Positions 1-10,384 of a stretch of DNA of 64,000 nt are shown in pieces. This DNA comes from Promethearchaeota archaeon (GTDB lineage: Archaea; Asgardarchaeota; Lokiarchaeia; Sigyniarchaeales; SOKP01), in contig JAEOUA010000003.1 of assembly GCA_016839555.1 (NCBI GenBank), positions 64,001 to 128,000 of the forward strand, given 5' to 3'. The translations under genes and the position numbers were made by a program. Numbering within the stretch: position 1 is the first letter of the stretch; each line of letters starts with the position of its first letter. The notes under the pieces were generated by a model. The model ran no database searches. It was given only the letters and a program-made list of their open reading frames with translations, and was not told where the DNA came from.

Positions 1-610
1 AAGCAATTTGATAATCAAAGGAACCATCGGCATTAATTCCTTCGAGCTTATCTTCTAATTGTTCTATATACTGCAAAGCCGATTGAGGAGGTACATCTCT
101 TCCATCTAATAAGGTGTGAACTCTTACAATTCCGATATGAGAATCTTTTGCTCCTTCTAATAATCCAATTAAATGAGAAATATGACTATGAACATATCCA
201 TCTGATAATAAACCGAAAAAATGAAGTACTTGATTATTTTTTTTAATTTTATCCGTAAAATTCATCCATTTGTCAGTTTTAAATAATTTTTTTGATAAGA
301 TAGCTTCTTTTGCTAGAGTTGCTCTTTGTTTTACAATTCTACCCGTCCCTAGGGCATTATGTCCGACCTCTGAATTGCCCATTTCTTCATTCGTGGGTAA
401 TCCTACTGCAGTTCCATGAGCTTTTAATTCGGTGTATAGATTCTTTTTAGGGCATTCTATTTGAAGTTTATCTAAGTATGGGGTATTTGCTAAATAAACT
501 GCGTTCATATTATTTTTTTCCCCTAGCCCAATTCCATCCATAATAATTAAAACTAAAGGCCCTTTTCTTCCCGAAAAATTATCTAATTTTTGAAGTTTGA
601 ATTTTTCCAT
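1..610 (-). CDS. gpmI: 2,3-bisphosphoglycerate-independent phosphoglycerate mutase (partial, runs off window start)
   Basis: Hand translation from ATG at 610: MEKFKLQKLDNFSGRKGPLVLIIMDGIG...AHGTAVGLP...MGNSEVGHNALG...GLLSDGYVHSH...HTLLDGRDVPPQSA; these are iPGAM signature motifs. Not in the ORF track. Confidence 0.92.
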   Translation of the reverse strand, partial: MEKFKLQKLDNFSGRKGPLVLIIMDGIGLGEKNNMNAVYLANTPYLDKLQIECPKKNLYTELKAHGTAVGLPTNEEMGNSEVGHNALGTGRIVKQRATLAKEAILSKKLFKTDKWMNFTDKIKKNNQVLHFFGLLSDGYVHSHISHLIGLLEGAKDSHIGIVRVHTLLDGRDVPPQSALQYIEQLEDKLEGINADGSFDYQIA

Positions 611-982
611 ATTTAATCTTTTTACAAATTTATGATTTTTATAAGCTTGAGAATTAATATATAGATTATAATTTCGTAAGAAAATAAATCATTTCTACAT
701 ATAATATAATTCTATAAATTTTTGATAAAATAAGGGTTTTTTTCCTTTTCTAAGAAATAATTATTAAATTTCTAAAATATAAAATTTTTGAAGTAAATAT
801 AAAGAGATTTTTACAATACTAAGCACTTTCGAAAATTCTATAATAATTTAAGATAATTTTGAATTAATTTATTTCAAACGTTTAAGGATCTAACTCCTTT
901 CAGAATATGTTATTTAAGAATTTTAGAGAGATATTTTAGGTAGATATTTTTTTAAAAAATTAAAAATTTGAATTAATATATT

Positions 983-1777
983 TCAGCGGAAATAGGAATC
1001 CGCACCTGGACCTCTTTGTTCTCGATATTGTTTCATAAAGGTATCTGTTTTTTCCTTGAATTTATCTAACATTTCCTCCATTTCTTCAATTTTCTTATCT
1101 AATTCTTTATAGTCCATATCAATATCAAAATATTCCTTAAGTACTGTTACTAATCGCTTTGAAGCTTTTGGGTTTAAATTGATCATTTGAAGAGGGACGG
1201 TTTCTGCCAATAAACAAATTCCTGGGGCAAATCCATTAGTACCAGCCCAAGCAGGTAAGATACCATTAGCACCTGCAATTACTCCATTTTCCATAATTTC
1301 TGTATTAGAAAATTTTAAAAAACTCTTCATAATTTTTTGATCAGTTCCCGAAATAAATACTGTTGGAATTTCATCCTCAATTGGTTTATCAGATACCATA
1401 GCCCCCGTACTAATATACATTTTAATGTTACCATGAGTTAATTCATCCATCATCTCACAGAATCTTTTTGAAAATTCAAACACTCCTTCTGCAGAATGGG
1501 GTTGATAGTCTGCGGTCAATATAAAAAAATCATTTGATTTTCTACTTTTATAATATAGCTTCGCTGTAGGAATATCCAGTTTCCCATTTTCCACGGTACT
1601 CTTTGGAGGAAAATCAAAAAATTGGATATCAAAGATTAAATCAGCACCAATAGAATCTCTAATGGCTGTTATTGCTAATTTACCGACTAATGCAATACCT
1701 GGAAAGCCGATGAGAATAACAGGGTCTTTTATTTTCTCCGGATCGAGTTCCTTTTTCTTCTCAAAATTTATATACAT
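983..1777 (-). CDS. PAC2-family proteasome assembly chaperone-like protein
   Basis: ILIGFPGIALVGKLA N-terminal motif, GVIAGANGIL, CLLAET, C-terminal helix ending in YFR. Confidence 0.8.
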   Translation of the reverse strand: MYINFEKKKELDPEKIKDPVILIGFPGIALVGKLAITAIRDSIGADLIFDIQFFDFPPKSTVENGKLDIPTAKLYYKSRKSNDFFILTADYQPHSAEGVFEFSKRFCEMMDELTHGNIKMYISTGAMVSDKPIEDEIPTVFISGTDQKIMKSFLKFSNTEIMENGVIAGANGILPAWAGTNGFAPGICLLAETVPLQMINLNPKASKRLVTVLKEYFDIDMDYKELDKKIEEMEEMLDKFKEKTDTFMKQYREQRGPGADSYFR

Positions 1778-1985
1778 TTTTCTATTTTGTTCAACTGAAT
1801 TTTATTCAATTTTCTTTAAAAAAAAAGAATATTTATATAATAAATAAATAATTCCTATCAAATATTTTTAATCATTCTAAAGATGTTCTATTTAAATATG
1901 AAGAGACCCTCATTTTAATTTCTATAACCCTATAAAATAAATTTAAAAATATAAAAAAAATGCTCTATTTAATAAACCTGAGGAG

Positions 1986-2903
1986 ATGAATACAATAAAT
2001 AAAATTAGAGCAAAACGAAAAGAAATTATTAATAAACTGGAAAAAAAATCAGACAATCTTGATAAAAAGTCCAAAAATTACTTGAAAGACGCAATTAAAT
2101 TGCTAGATATTCAATGTGGAATAGAAAATATCATTTATATTATTTTATTTGGTAGCCAAAGTAGTGGAATACCTTCTAAAATTTCAGATTGTGATTTATT
2201 AATAATTTTAAACAATTCTCTATCTAAAAATGAAATTTGTTTGTTAAAAAAAAACTTTCTCGCCTTAGAACTTAAGCATGAGTTTCGAGAACAACCTAAA
2301 GGGTTTATTAATAGAATTTCTGTTGGATTTCAAAAAGCCACAGGTATGTTTGTCAGTCATTTCATTACTGATTTAAAAACTTGGACAGAAAAGAAGTTTT
2401 ACAAAATTTTCGATGTTAATAAATTCTTTTCTTATCTATTAGCACCCAGAGATATTATCCTCCATAGTGTAATAAAAAGTAGTATTATTCTCTATAAGGC
2501 AAATAGCTTGGAAATTTTAAATAAAGATTCTTATTTTATTCCTAAGATTATTGAGATGGTTAAAAGTATCATAATGAATTATCTACTAACAATTGGTTCA
2601 CTTTTATTTATCCCATTTAATCCAGTATCAATAAAATATTTATTAGAATCCATTAAATGGTCCTTAAGAAGTTCTAACTGTTATATTTTTGGAGATTCAG
2701 AATCATTAAAAAAAATATCTTTCCGTTTTATCGCATTTGAAAAAAATATAAAAAAAAGAAGAAAAACCTCTCAATATTTTAACACATTTATTATGTTAAG
2801 AGATAATCCTTGTTATGATTTTAGATTTATATTCAAAAGTCTATATAGAGTTTTGAAGATCCATATACAAGGAATTATGTTTAGAAAAATCTTTAATGAA
2901 TAA
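1986..2903 (+). CDS. Nucleotidyltransferase-domain protein (pol-beta superfamily) with C-terminal helical domain
   Basis: ILFGS-x9-DCDLLII matches the hG[GS]x9-13DhD motif. Confidence 0.7.
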   Translation: MNTINKIRAKRKEIINKLEKKSDNLDKKSKNYLKDAIKLLDIQCGIENIIYIILFGSQSSGIPSKISDCDLLIILNNSLSKNEICLLKKNFLALELKHEFREQPKGFINRISVGFQKATGMFVSHFITDLKTWTEKKFYKIFDVNKFFSYLLAPRDIILHSVIKSSIILYKANSLEILNKDSYFIPKIIEMVKSIIMNYLLTIGSLLFIPFNPVSIKYLLESIKWSLRSSNCYIFGDSESLKKISFRFIAFEKNIKKRRKTSQYFNTFIMLRDNPCYDFRFIFKSLYRVLKIHIQGIMFRKIFNE

Positions 2904-3150
2904 GTTATTAATTCCTAAAATAAGGGCCCATAAAAATTTTTAGGGTACTGTTTTTAAAGGGGTTATGATTTTAAGAAAGCTAAAACATACAAAACTTCAA
3001 GAAATATTAGCCGATAATTAATATGTTTAAGACTTTTTTAAATTAAAATTTTAAGAAAAAATTTTTAACTTAATATCACAGAGATATTACATTTTTTTTT
3101 TATTTCTCGTTTCCATTTTTCCTTAAATAATTCTCTTATTTGAATAGATT

Positions 3151-3681
3151 ATGTTAAAATCAACGTGTATTGATGATAGTATAAAAGTATCTATAATTGG
3201 TTTTCCTGCTGTGGGAAAAACTACGATGACTAAATTACTTGCCCAAAAAGAGGTTACTAAGAAATATATTCCCACCGCAGGGTTTGATCTTAAAACGGTA
3301 AAATTTGGGTCTTATAAACTTAAGATCTGGGATTTTGGAGGGCAAAAAAATTACCTTAAAAAATATTTAAAGAATTTTATTGTAGGGTCAGATTTAATTT
3401 TTATCATGACTGATTCAACCCCAAGGAATGTACTTAGTTCAAGGGAATTAATAGATCATGCAAGAGAGATTATGGAAGATGATTGCCCTATCATAGCCAT
3501 TGCAAATAAACAGGATTTATGCAAAACAGACGGTAGAATGGATTCTAAACGTGTTGAAGATGTATTACATACTCGTACGATCGGATTAACGGCAATTGAT
3601 CCAAATGAACGATTGCATTTATTAAAAACGATTGAAAATGAGTTAAAACAGGTATTAAACCGGAGGGATTTAAAGAGATGA
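3151..3681 (+). CDS. Small GTPase, Ras superfamily (Arf/Rab-like)
   Basis: G1 GFPAVGKTT, G2 PT, G3 WDFGGQ, G4 NKQD. Confidence 0.92.
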   Translation: MLKSTCIDDSIKVSIIGFPAVGKTTMTKLLAQKEVTKKYIPTAGFDLKTVKFGSYKLKIWDFGGQKNYLKKYLKNFIVGSDLIFIMTDSTPRNVLSSRELIDHAREIMEDDCPIIAIANKQDLCKTDGRMDSKRVEDVLHTRTIGLTAIDPNERLHLLKTIENELKQVLNRRDLKR

Positions 3682-4238
3682 ATTTTAATGAAAATGAAAT
3701 GTTTGGCGCTGCTTTAATAGGTTTTGATATGATTGATGGTCCTTTTCTAAAATGGAAAAAAGAATTTGATGACCACATTGATAGTGTAAATCTCGATGAT
3801 TTTGCGATGAATTTTTACTTATCTTTTCGTGGAGGGAACGCCGGAAAAAAGCCAAAAGCTATTCTATATGATGATTTTTATATAGTTGCATTTCCGCACG
3901 ATTTAGAACTATGCTGTCTCTTTATGAAACCGCAAGGGATTCAAGCAAATATTAAAAAATTACATAAAATTGCATCTCGAATTATGATTGATATGGAAAA
4001 GCTTGAAGAAGAGGAAGATGGAGAGAATTCAGAAGAGTCCGATGATGATACCATTGAAGAAATAAAAAGATTGATAGTAAACCTCTTAAATGATACCGAG
4101 ATGTCCACTCCAGAACTACGTAGATATTTTAAACTCTCAAACTCCCAAATATGGAGAGTGATGTCAGAGTTGGAAGAATCTCATAAAATAAAACGCACTC
4201 GAAAAGAAGGAAGGGCTCAATTGTGGTCTACAAACTAA
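3678..4238 (+). CDS. Putative longin/uDENN-like domain fused to a C-terminal winged helix-turn-helix
   Basis: N-terminal LIGFDMIDGP (FDxxxGP hairpin typical of uDENN/longin), acidic linker, then MSTPELRRYFKLSNSQIWRVMSELEESHKIKR wHTH; ATGA overlap with the GTPase gene. Confidence 0.55.
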   Translation: MNFNENEMFGAALIGFDMIDGPFLKWKKEFDDHIDSVNLDDFAMNFYLSFRGGNAGKKPKAILYDDFYIVAFPHDLELCCLFMKPQGIQANIKKLHKIASRIMIDMEKLEEEEDGENSEESDDDTIEEIKRLIVNLLNDTEMSTPELRRYFKLSNSQIWRVMSELEESHKIKRTRKEGRAQLWSTN

Positions 4239-4372
4239 AGTTTTATAATTATTTTATTAATATATAATTATTTATTTTTTTATTTGTTGTATGTAATCTT
4301 ACAAAATTTCTATATTTAATTTTCTTATTCTTAAATAATGAAATTTAAAAAATATGATAAGATCAGTAAGAA

Positions 4373-5512
4373 TTAGTAAGGTAAAAGAATAAATTTACTT
4401 ATTGGTAATATCTTATTTAATACTGTCCCGAAATAAGTATAAAGACCCGACTTGAGAAAATTTTTTTTCAAATAATATTGCAATTCTTCATTACTTTCAA
4501 GATATTTTATTTGTTTTTCTGAGTTTTTTTTAATCTTTTTTATTGTTTTTTTCATGTATTTTTTATAATATTTTAGAGCATTTTGATTTTTCTTTGTTCC
4601 TTTCTTAATTGCCTTTGCTAAATATCTTCCACTTAATGCTGCAGCATCCATACCTAATCCACGAGATAAGTCAATTAATCCAGCAGCATCTCCAATAAAA
4701 AATAAATTTTCATTACCTAAATATACATGATCTGGATCATATAGACAGAATTTTGAAACAAATCCTTCTTTTTTTATAATTTCTCCATTAAAATTGTATT
4801 TGTCTCTAATATAATCTACTAATTTATCACAACGGCTTGCAACATTATCTGTATGCCCTGTACCTATTACCCATTGATCGTTTTTCTTATAAGCCCAAGC
4901 AAACATAAGATTGGAATAATTAATATTCCAAAATTGATATAGGGTATTTGAATTTAAATCTCCTTCATTATAATTTTTAAAATAATAATTTAATGTAACT
5001 CCTGGATTGCTTTCAGTATAATCTTGAGGTCTGATTTTTTTACGCAAGCAAGAACAAAGCCCATCAGCTGCAATAAGATATTTTGTCTTAACTTTTTCTA
5101 TATCTTCATGTTTAGGATGGAGTGAAACTAAAAAACCATCATTAATCCTCTTGAAATCATCACATCTTACTCCATCCCGAAATTTAGCACCTTCCTCTAT
5201 AGCAATCTGGTTCAACCAATTATCAAAGACATCCCTTGTAAAATTTAACATCGGAAAGGGCATTTTAAGAGACTTGCCGTTAGGGAATTCCATACATACT
5301 CTATTAAGCGAATTTTTACATAATTTTTCCTTAGGAATCTTTTTACCGATGATTCGTTCAAAATATTTAAATTGAATCGCACTACAAGGTTTTTCCCGAG
5401 GTGTAAATGCACTTTCTACGATTAAAGTATTTAAGTTGGCTTTTGCAAGATATCTCCCTGCTACTGAGCCAGCAATACCTCCTCCTACGATAAGTGCGTC
5501 ATAATGATTCAT
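4373..5512 (-). CDS. Geranylgeranyl reductase-family FAD-dependent oxidoreductase
   Basis: GGGIAG Rossmann motif, REKPC, IAADG, IGDAAG, GMDAAALSG. Confidence 0.85.
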   Translation of the reverse strand: MNHYDALIVGGGIAGSVAGRYLAKANLNTLIVESAFTPREKPCSAIQFKYFERIIGKKIPKEKLCKNSLNRVCMEFPNGKSLKMPFPMLNFTRDVFDNWLNQIAIEEGAKFRDGVRCDDFKRINDGFLVSLHPKHEDIEKVKTKYLIAADGLCSCLRKKIRPQDYTESNPGVTLNYYFKNYNEGDLNSNTLYQFWNINYSNLMFAWAYKKNDQWVIGTGHTDNVASRCDKLVDYIRDKYNFNGEIIKKEGFVSKFCLYDPDHVYLGNENLFFIGDAAGLIDLSRGLGMDAAALSGRYLAKAIKKGTKKNQNALKYYKKYMKKTIKKIKKNSEKQIKYLESNEELQYYLKKNFLKSGLYTYFGTVLNKILPISKFILLPY

Positions 5513-5680
5513 ATTTTTTACCTTTAATAGAACTTTATTTTTTCTCTTCTTAATGATAATGACTTAAAAGGTACAAAAATATTTCTATTTACACCTCAAT
5601 ATTATTGAAAATATTAGAAATAATGTTAAAAAAGAAAGAAATGATTGAAAAATTTTAAAAAAATGTTTAAAAAAAGTTAA

Positions 5681-6514
5681 TTAATAATCTAAACCTTCTA
5701 ATTTTCGATATATCCATCCTTTTTCCTTTGTGAGTAATCTTGAAAACATCATATAGCAAATATCTGGAAGATCTTCATCTTGATTGGAAATAGTGATATA
5801 TCGCAAAATATGGTTGATTATAAAAATACCAATTAATTCCAAATGATAACTCCCCATCTTTTCTAAATTTTCGCCAGAATATGAAATATTTAAATCTTCT
5901 TTATCTTGATTATATGTAACTTCAATATATATCTCTGGGAAAACCTCTTTTTTAAATCTCCACCCGGAAATTGTCTTCCACACTTTCCCATTAATAAACT
6001 CTTCTAAAGGGCGTTTATCATTATCTTTTAATAGCTTAAAGGGTTTTTTTCGTTGCTTAAATACCTTTTTCATTAAATCTGTTGTGGTATTATAACTTTT
6101 ATCGTAGGGGGGCTTGTTTTTAATCCTTCGTTCAATAAAATCAAATATGATATCGATATAAGTAGCAGAGTCCTCACCCGGGATCCAATATACTCGCTCT
6201 CCAGAAAATAGAAATCTAAACTTTGCTCTCACATCCCCAAATTCATCTCCATAATAAAAATAAGATAAATGAATATTAGCTTTTGGGAAAAATTCCATAG
6301 TAATTGTCCAATCTTCGTCAAATCTAATGTCTTCTAGTTTTGCTCCAAGATCATCTTCCACAATTTTTTTTAATTTATCCATTTCCAGGTCGATAAATAA
6401 TGGAATTTTAGCCCTTCCCATATCTTCTAATTCTTTTTCATGAGGACCTCTTACTCCAGTGGCATCTATTTGCCCCACCGTATAAAATTTATTTTTTTTC
6501 TTTTTTTCTACCAT
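5681..6514 (-). CDS. Hypothetical protein with two related internal domains (DUF3786-like)
   Basis: Repeated W-x5-[FV]FP-x3-I-x3-Y segments (WTITMEFFPKANIHLSY / WRFKKEVFPEIYIEVTY); GDEF...FLF resembles DUF3786. Confidence 0.4.
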   Translation of the reverse strand: MVEKKKKNKFYTVGQIDATGVRGPHEKELEDMGRAKIPLFIDLEMDKLKKIVEDDLGAKLEDIRFDEDWTITMEFFPKANIHLSYFYYGDEFGDVRAKFRFLFSGERVYWIPGEDSATYIDIIFDFIERRIKNKPPYDKSYNTTTDLMKKVFKQRKKPFKLLKDNDKRPLEEFINGKVWKTISGWRFKKEVFPEIYIEVTYNQDKEDLNISYSGENLEKMGSYHLELIGIFIINHILRYITISNQDEDLPDICYMMFSRLLTKEKGWIYRKLEGLDY

Positions 6515-6638
6515 GTTCTGCTTCTTTTTCTTTTTAATCGATTATATTATAATTATGAATATCATGAAATAATTATCATATTCTTAATATTTTTTATAAA
6601 AAGTAAGAAATTTATTAAATTCGAATAATTTCAATAAT

Positions 6639-6947
6639 TTAATTAATAACTTCATTAATTTTTTCTTTTTTAATATGTCCAACTTTATAGAGAATTATAT
6701 GTTTATCAGCCGTAAAAATTCTATTAGGTCTAATATTACTCTTTTTTTTCAAGCTCCCAATTTCAAAATCTTTAGAAGTTAATGAAATAGCATAAGTGTC
6801 AGAAATCTTTTGACTTGTTATTTGACATAAAATAAGGTCTTCACCTTTTAGATCAGTTATAACTAAAGCAGGTCTACGTTTAGCATGAGAGAGATCAGAA
6901 AAAGGAAACGGAATAACAACTATATCTCCTTTTACAAATTTTGCCAT
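6639..6947 (-). CDS. mazF: MazF/PemK-family toxin (C-terminus apparently shortened by an in-frame TAA)
   Basis: KGDIVVIPFPFSDLSHAKRRPALVI, CQITS, SNIRPNRIFT. Confidence 0.88.
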   Translation of the reverse strand: MAKFVKGDIVVIPFPFSDLSHAKRRPALVITDLKGEDLILCQITSQKISDTYAISLTSKDFEIGSLKKKSNIRPNRIFTADKHIILYKVGHIKKEKINEVIN

Positions 6948-7135
6948 GCTTCATCTTCCTCTGGACGACTCCAATCCTTTTTTAAACTTGATTCACTTAA
7001 CATCATAGTTTCCATAATGCTTCTATTTATTTTTCCTTTAAGATACTTTACATAATCTAAAACTTCATCCAAGAGTCTTTCGGGAAAATTATTTAGTTCT
7101 TTAATGATTTGATCTATTTTTGAAATTTTTATCAC
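6932..7135 (-). CDS. Putative antitoxin, DUF2281-like
   Basis: EVLDYVKYLK...LSESSLKKDWSRPEEDEAWQNL; overlaps and precedes the toxin gene. Confidence 0.75.
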   Translation of the reverse strand: MIKISKIDQIIKELNNFPERLLDEVLDYVKYLKGKINRSIMETMMLSESSLKKDWSRPEEDEAWQNL

Positions 7136-7341
7136 CTATTAGGTTTTAGAATATCACTATTTTTAAATAAAAGATTAAATAAATATCTTAGTGCTTTAAA
7201 TTGATGAACATTCCATTATAATAATATATTTTTTTATTTATAATCGTTTTTTTAAATATATTATATTCTTTTTTAATTTGTTTTCCCTAAATTGTATATT
7301 ATTTTTTTTATACCATTTTTAGTTAAATATTCATCTCATAT

Positions 7342-8682
7342 TTAATAATTTTTCTTAAATTTTCCAATAAAAAAACCTTTTGTAGCATTGGTTGATGGAA
7401 ATAATCGCCCCGTCCCTGAGATTATTTTATCATTAATTCTATAGCTTGAAGAGATATAGTTTGGTAAAGGAAGAGGATCTAATCTATCTAAAAATTTTAA
7501 AATTTGAAGTTCCCCTTCTTGTGGATAAAAACTACAAGTGGAATAAATTAAATCTCCCCCTTGTTTTAACATATTTATAGCTGATTGAAGCAATTTCTCT
7601 TGTAATATTGTATTCTGATGTAAAAAGGAGTTATTTTGCCGCCACTTTAATTCAGGATTAGAAGAAAATGCTCCATTCCCGGTACAAGGGGCATCAAGGA
7701 GGATTTTATCGAATTGTTTCCCCTTTTTTAATGAAAAACTTATACTATCTGTATTTATAATTGAGATATTTGACATTTGATATAAATTAAAAAGTGATTT
7801 CATTATTTTTACTCTATTTATCTGAAATTCTGCAGCAACTAATTGAGAGCTATCTTGTAAAAATTGATTGATTATACTAGCTTTCATTCCCGGTCCTGCA
7901 CACATATCACATATTATGTTATCTTTTAATGGTCTTAATAGATTTGCAGTGTAGATTGAGGCTTTATCGAGAATTATTATATTTCCATTTTTATTGAAAT
8001 CACTATTTATTAAATCATTTTTATAAGAAAAGGGTATTTGGTAAATATATTCCACATTTTTATCATTTCTATAAGGAATTTTTATGTTTTTCAAAGATTT
8101 TTTGACTTTTTGCGATAATTCTTTATAATTTTTTTCGGATTTAGTATTTATGATAAAATATAAATTTAATTCTTCAGGAGAATTCATTAATTTTAAATTT
8201 TCTTTTAAAAAGTTAAAATCTAGGTAGGGTTTTATTTGTTTTATAAAAAAGGTCGGAATTGCTTCTGTTATGCTTAGCTTTTCAATAGGCGTTTTATTTT
8301 TAAGAGCTTTTTTCCAAGAAAATGTTTTTAATTTATTATAAAGATTAGTAAGGTTCTTTTTACTTAATTTAAAAGGAATTTTCATGAAAAAGCTTTTCAT
8401 TTCCTTTAAAATTTCTTTTAAAGAAACTCGTTCCCAAACAATTCGATAGACAATATATAAATAAAGAGCTTTTCTGACTCGAGTTAATTTTGCTTTTTTG
8501 CCTAAGGCACTAAGAGTATAATTAAGGATAAAATTGATTTTATTGAAATATCGGAGAATTTCCATATAGTAGTGAAATATAATATGATTTTGACGGTTTA
8601 CTTCTGATAATTGAGTAGGGTTACCCTTTAAGAATTGTTGGATTATAGGTAGTAACCTTTCTATTGATTTCTTATCTGGCAA
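7342..8682 (-). CDS. RsmB/NOP2-family RNA m5C methyltransferase
   Basis: DMCAGPGMK, ILLDAPCTGNG, LIYSTCS, GFFIGK motifs. Confidence 0.9.
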   Translation of the reverse strand: MPDKKSIERLLPIIQQFLKGNPTQLSEVNRQNHIIFHYYMEILRYFNKINFILNYTLSALGKKAKLTRVRKALYLYIVYRIVWERVSLKEILKEMKSFFMKIPFKLSKKNLTNLYNKLKTFSWKKALKNKTPIEKLSITEAIPTFFIKQIKPYLDFNFLKENLKLMNSPEELNLYFIINTKSEKNYKELSQKVKKSLKNIKIPYRNDKNVEYIYQIPFSYKNDLINSDFNKNGNIIILDKASIYTANLLRPLKDNIICDMCAGPGMKASIINQFLQDSSQLVAAEFQINRVKIMKSLFNLYQMSNISIINTDSISFSLKKGKQFDKILLDAPCTGNGAFSSNPELKWRQNNSFLHQNTILQEKLLQSAINMLKQGGDLIYSTCSFYPQEGELQILKFLDRLDPLPLPNYISSSYRINDKIISGTGRLFPSTNATKGFFIGKFKKNY

Positions 8683-8780
8683 TATTATGAAAGAAAATTA
8701 TTATTTGATTCTCTGAGCTTTTAGAAAAAGAAGTTTAGGAGATTATAAAAAATTAATCTTCAAAAATTATAAATCTCGGT

Positions 8781-9482
8781 TTATATTAGAATTTTAATAG
8801 CTTTTCTTTGTAATTCCTGAAAGGGCTCAGGTATCTCTAGTAATTTATTATGAATTATATTGAGAACTTTTAATGATTTTAAATCAGTAACTGTATTTGG
8901 AATGCTTCTTAAATTATTAAAGCTGAGATCTAATTCTTCTAGATTCTCTAATTTATGTATGCTAGGAGAAATACTCTTTAAGTTATTGCCAATTAAATCT
9001 AAAATTTTTAAGGAAGATAATGAAAATATGAACTCTGGGAGCTCTTCAATATGATTCCATGATAAATTTAAATTTTTTAAGAATTTTAAATAATTAATTT
9101 CTTCTGGAATTTTCATTAAATCACACATATATAGGCTAAGACCAGTTATGTTCCCTTTTTCAATCATGAAGCCCAATGAGTTACATTTCATAACGGGAAT
9201 AATATTTAATTTGAATTTAAGCCTTTTTTCTATAATATCTATTGCTTTTTTCTCTATTTCATTGAGTTGCTCTCTCTGTTTTTTTAATTTTCGTTCTTTT
9301 TTCAATCTATTATAACATAAACAGCAATAAAACTCTATATGGCTATTTTCCCATAATTGAATTAATCTTTTTTTAGAGAGACTCCTATTTCTTATTATAA
9401 ATTCTCCAATTTCTATAGGTCTATTACATTTATAGCATCTTCTCTTCCTATATCGTTTTTCCTCCTCAAACCGATAACTCAT
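8781..9482 (-). CDS. Leucine-rich-repeat protein with N-terminal Cys-cluster (putative Zn-binding) domain
   Basis: CYKC...CCLC followed by LxxLxLxxNxL repeats (LNLSWNHIEELP, LDLIGNNLKSIS, LDLSFNNLRSIP). Confidence 0.85.
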   Translation of the reverse strand: MSYRFEEEKRYRKRRCYKCNRPIEIGEFIIRNRSLSKKRLIQLWENSHIEFYCCLCYNRLKKERKLKKQREQLNEIEKKAIDIIEKRLKFKLNIIPVMKCNSLGFMIEKGNITGLSLYMCDLMKIPEEINYLKFLKNLNLSWNHIEELPEFIFSLSSLKILDLIGNNLKSISPSIHKLENLEELDLSFNNLRSIPNTVTDLKSLKVLNIIHNKLLEIPEPFQELQRKAIKILI

Positions 9483-9539
9483 ATTATACTAAAAACGTTT
9501 TTTTATTAAAATTTTTTTAAAAAGATAAAAAAAAGGAAA

Positions 9540-10289
9540 TTAAGTTGGTATACGCTTTATTAACCATTTTGGCATTACTAATGAAAAATACGAAAATAGA
9601 ATAAATAAAATTACGAAGATCCAACCAATATAGATAAATATTGAATATCCCGGGTGATCGAAAAATACAATTAATACATTCTCTAATATATTGCACGAAA
9701 AAAAGGCGACCATACATAAAACGGAAAGGGCATACAATAAGAAACCAACTCTGACTTTTTTATCCTCAGCTTCACTCTGAGCTTTCAAACTTATAATTGC
9801 AATTGATAAATAGATTGCCATTGAATATATAGTGAATGATAGGGTAGAAAATATTCTAATACTGACTTCACCAACATAATCTTCTTGTGGAACACCCCAC
9901 CAGTTCCATGGTAATAATAAAATTATGCTTAAAATTATCCCTATGATAATTATGAAGTATATTGCGTTGCCTGATTTCTCAGTTATTTCATTTGTAAATC
10001 TGAATAATAAAATATCTGCTACTATTACGCTTACATAAGCAAGAGGAAATGTCATTCGATAAATTTCTTTAAAATAACCAGTGATGATTGTTTCTAGTAG
10101 TCCAATTGCTAAAAAACTTAATGCAATAATAAGAGAAATAAAAACCAAACCTAAAATAAGCGGTAATTTACTTTTTCTCTCTTTCCATTTATTGAACATC
10201 TTTATTGTGATAAATATACCAAAAGCGATTAGAATAAAATAAACAATCAATAATGCGGGAACCCCGGGATTCATAGGTGTATACGACAT
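9540..10289 (-). CDS. Multi-pass (about 7 TM) membrane protein, function unknown
   Basis: About seven hydrophobic segments in 249 aa. Confidence 0.7.
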   Translation of the reverse strand: MSYTPMNPGVPALLIVYFILIAFGIFITIKMFNKWKERKSKLPLILGLVFISLIIALSFLAIGLLETIITGYFKEIYRMTFPLAYVSVIVADILLFRFTNEITEKSGNAIYFIIIIGIILSIILLLPWNWWGVPQEDYVGEVSIRIFSTLSFTIYSMAIYLSIAIISLKAQSEAEDKKVRVGFLLYALSVLCMVAFFSCNILENVLIVFFDHPGYSIFIYIGWIFVILFILFSYFSLVMPKWLIKRIPT

Positions 10290-10384
10290 AAAATTAGCTT
10301 TTAAGATTGTAGATTAAATTTAATTATTAATAAATATAAGATTAATATTAATCTTTAACAAATATAAAATTAATCCTATTATTA

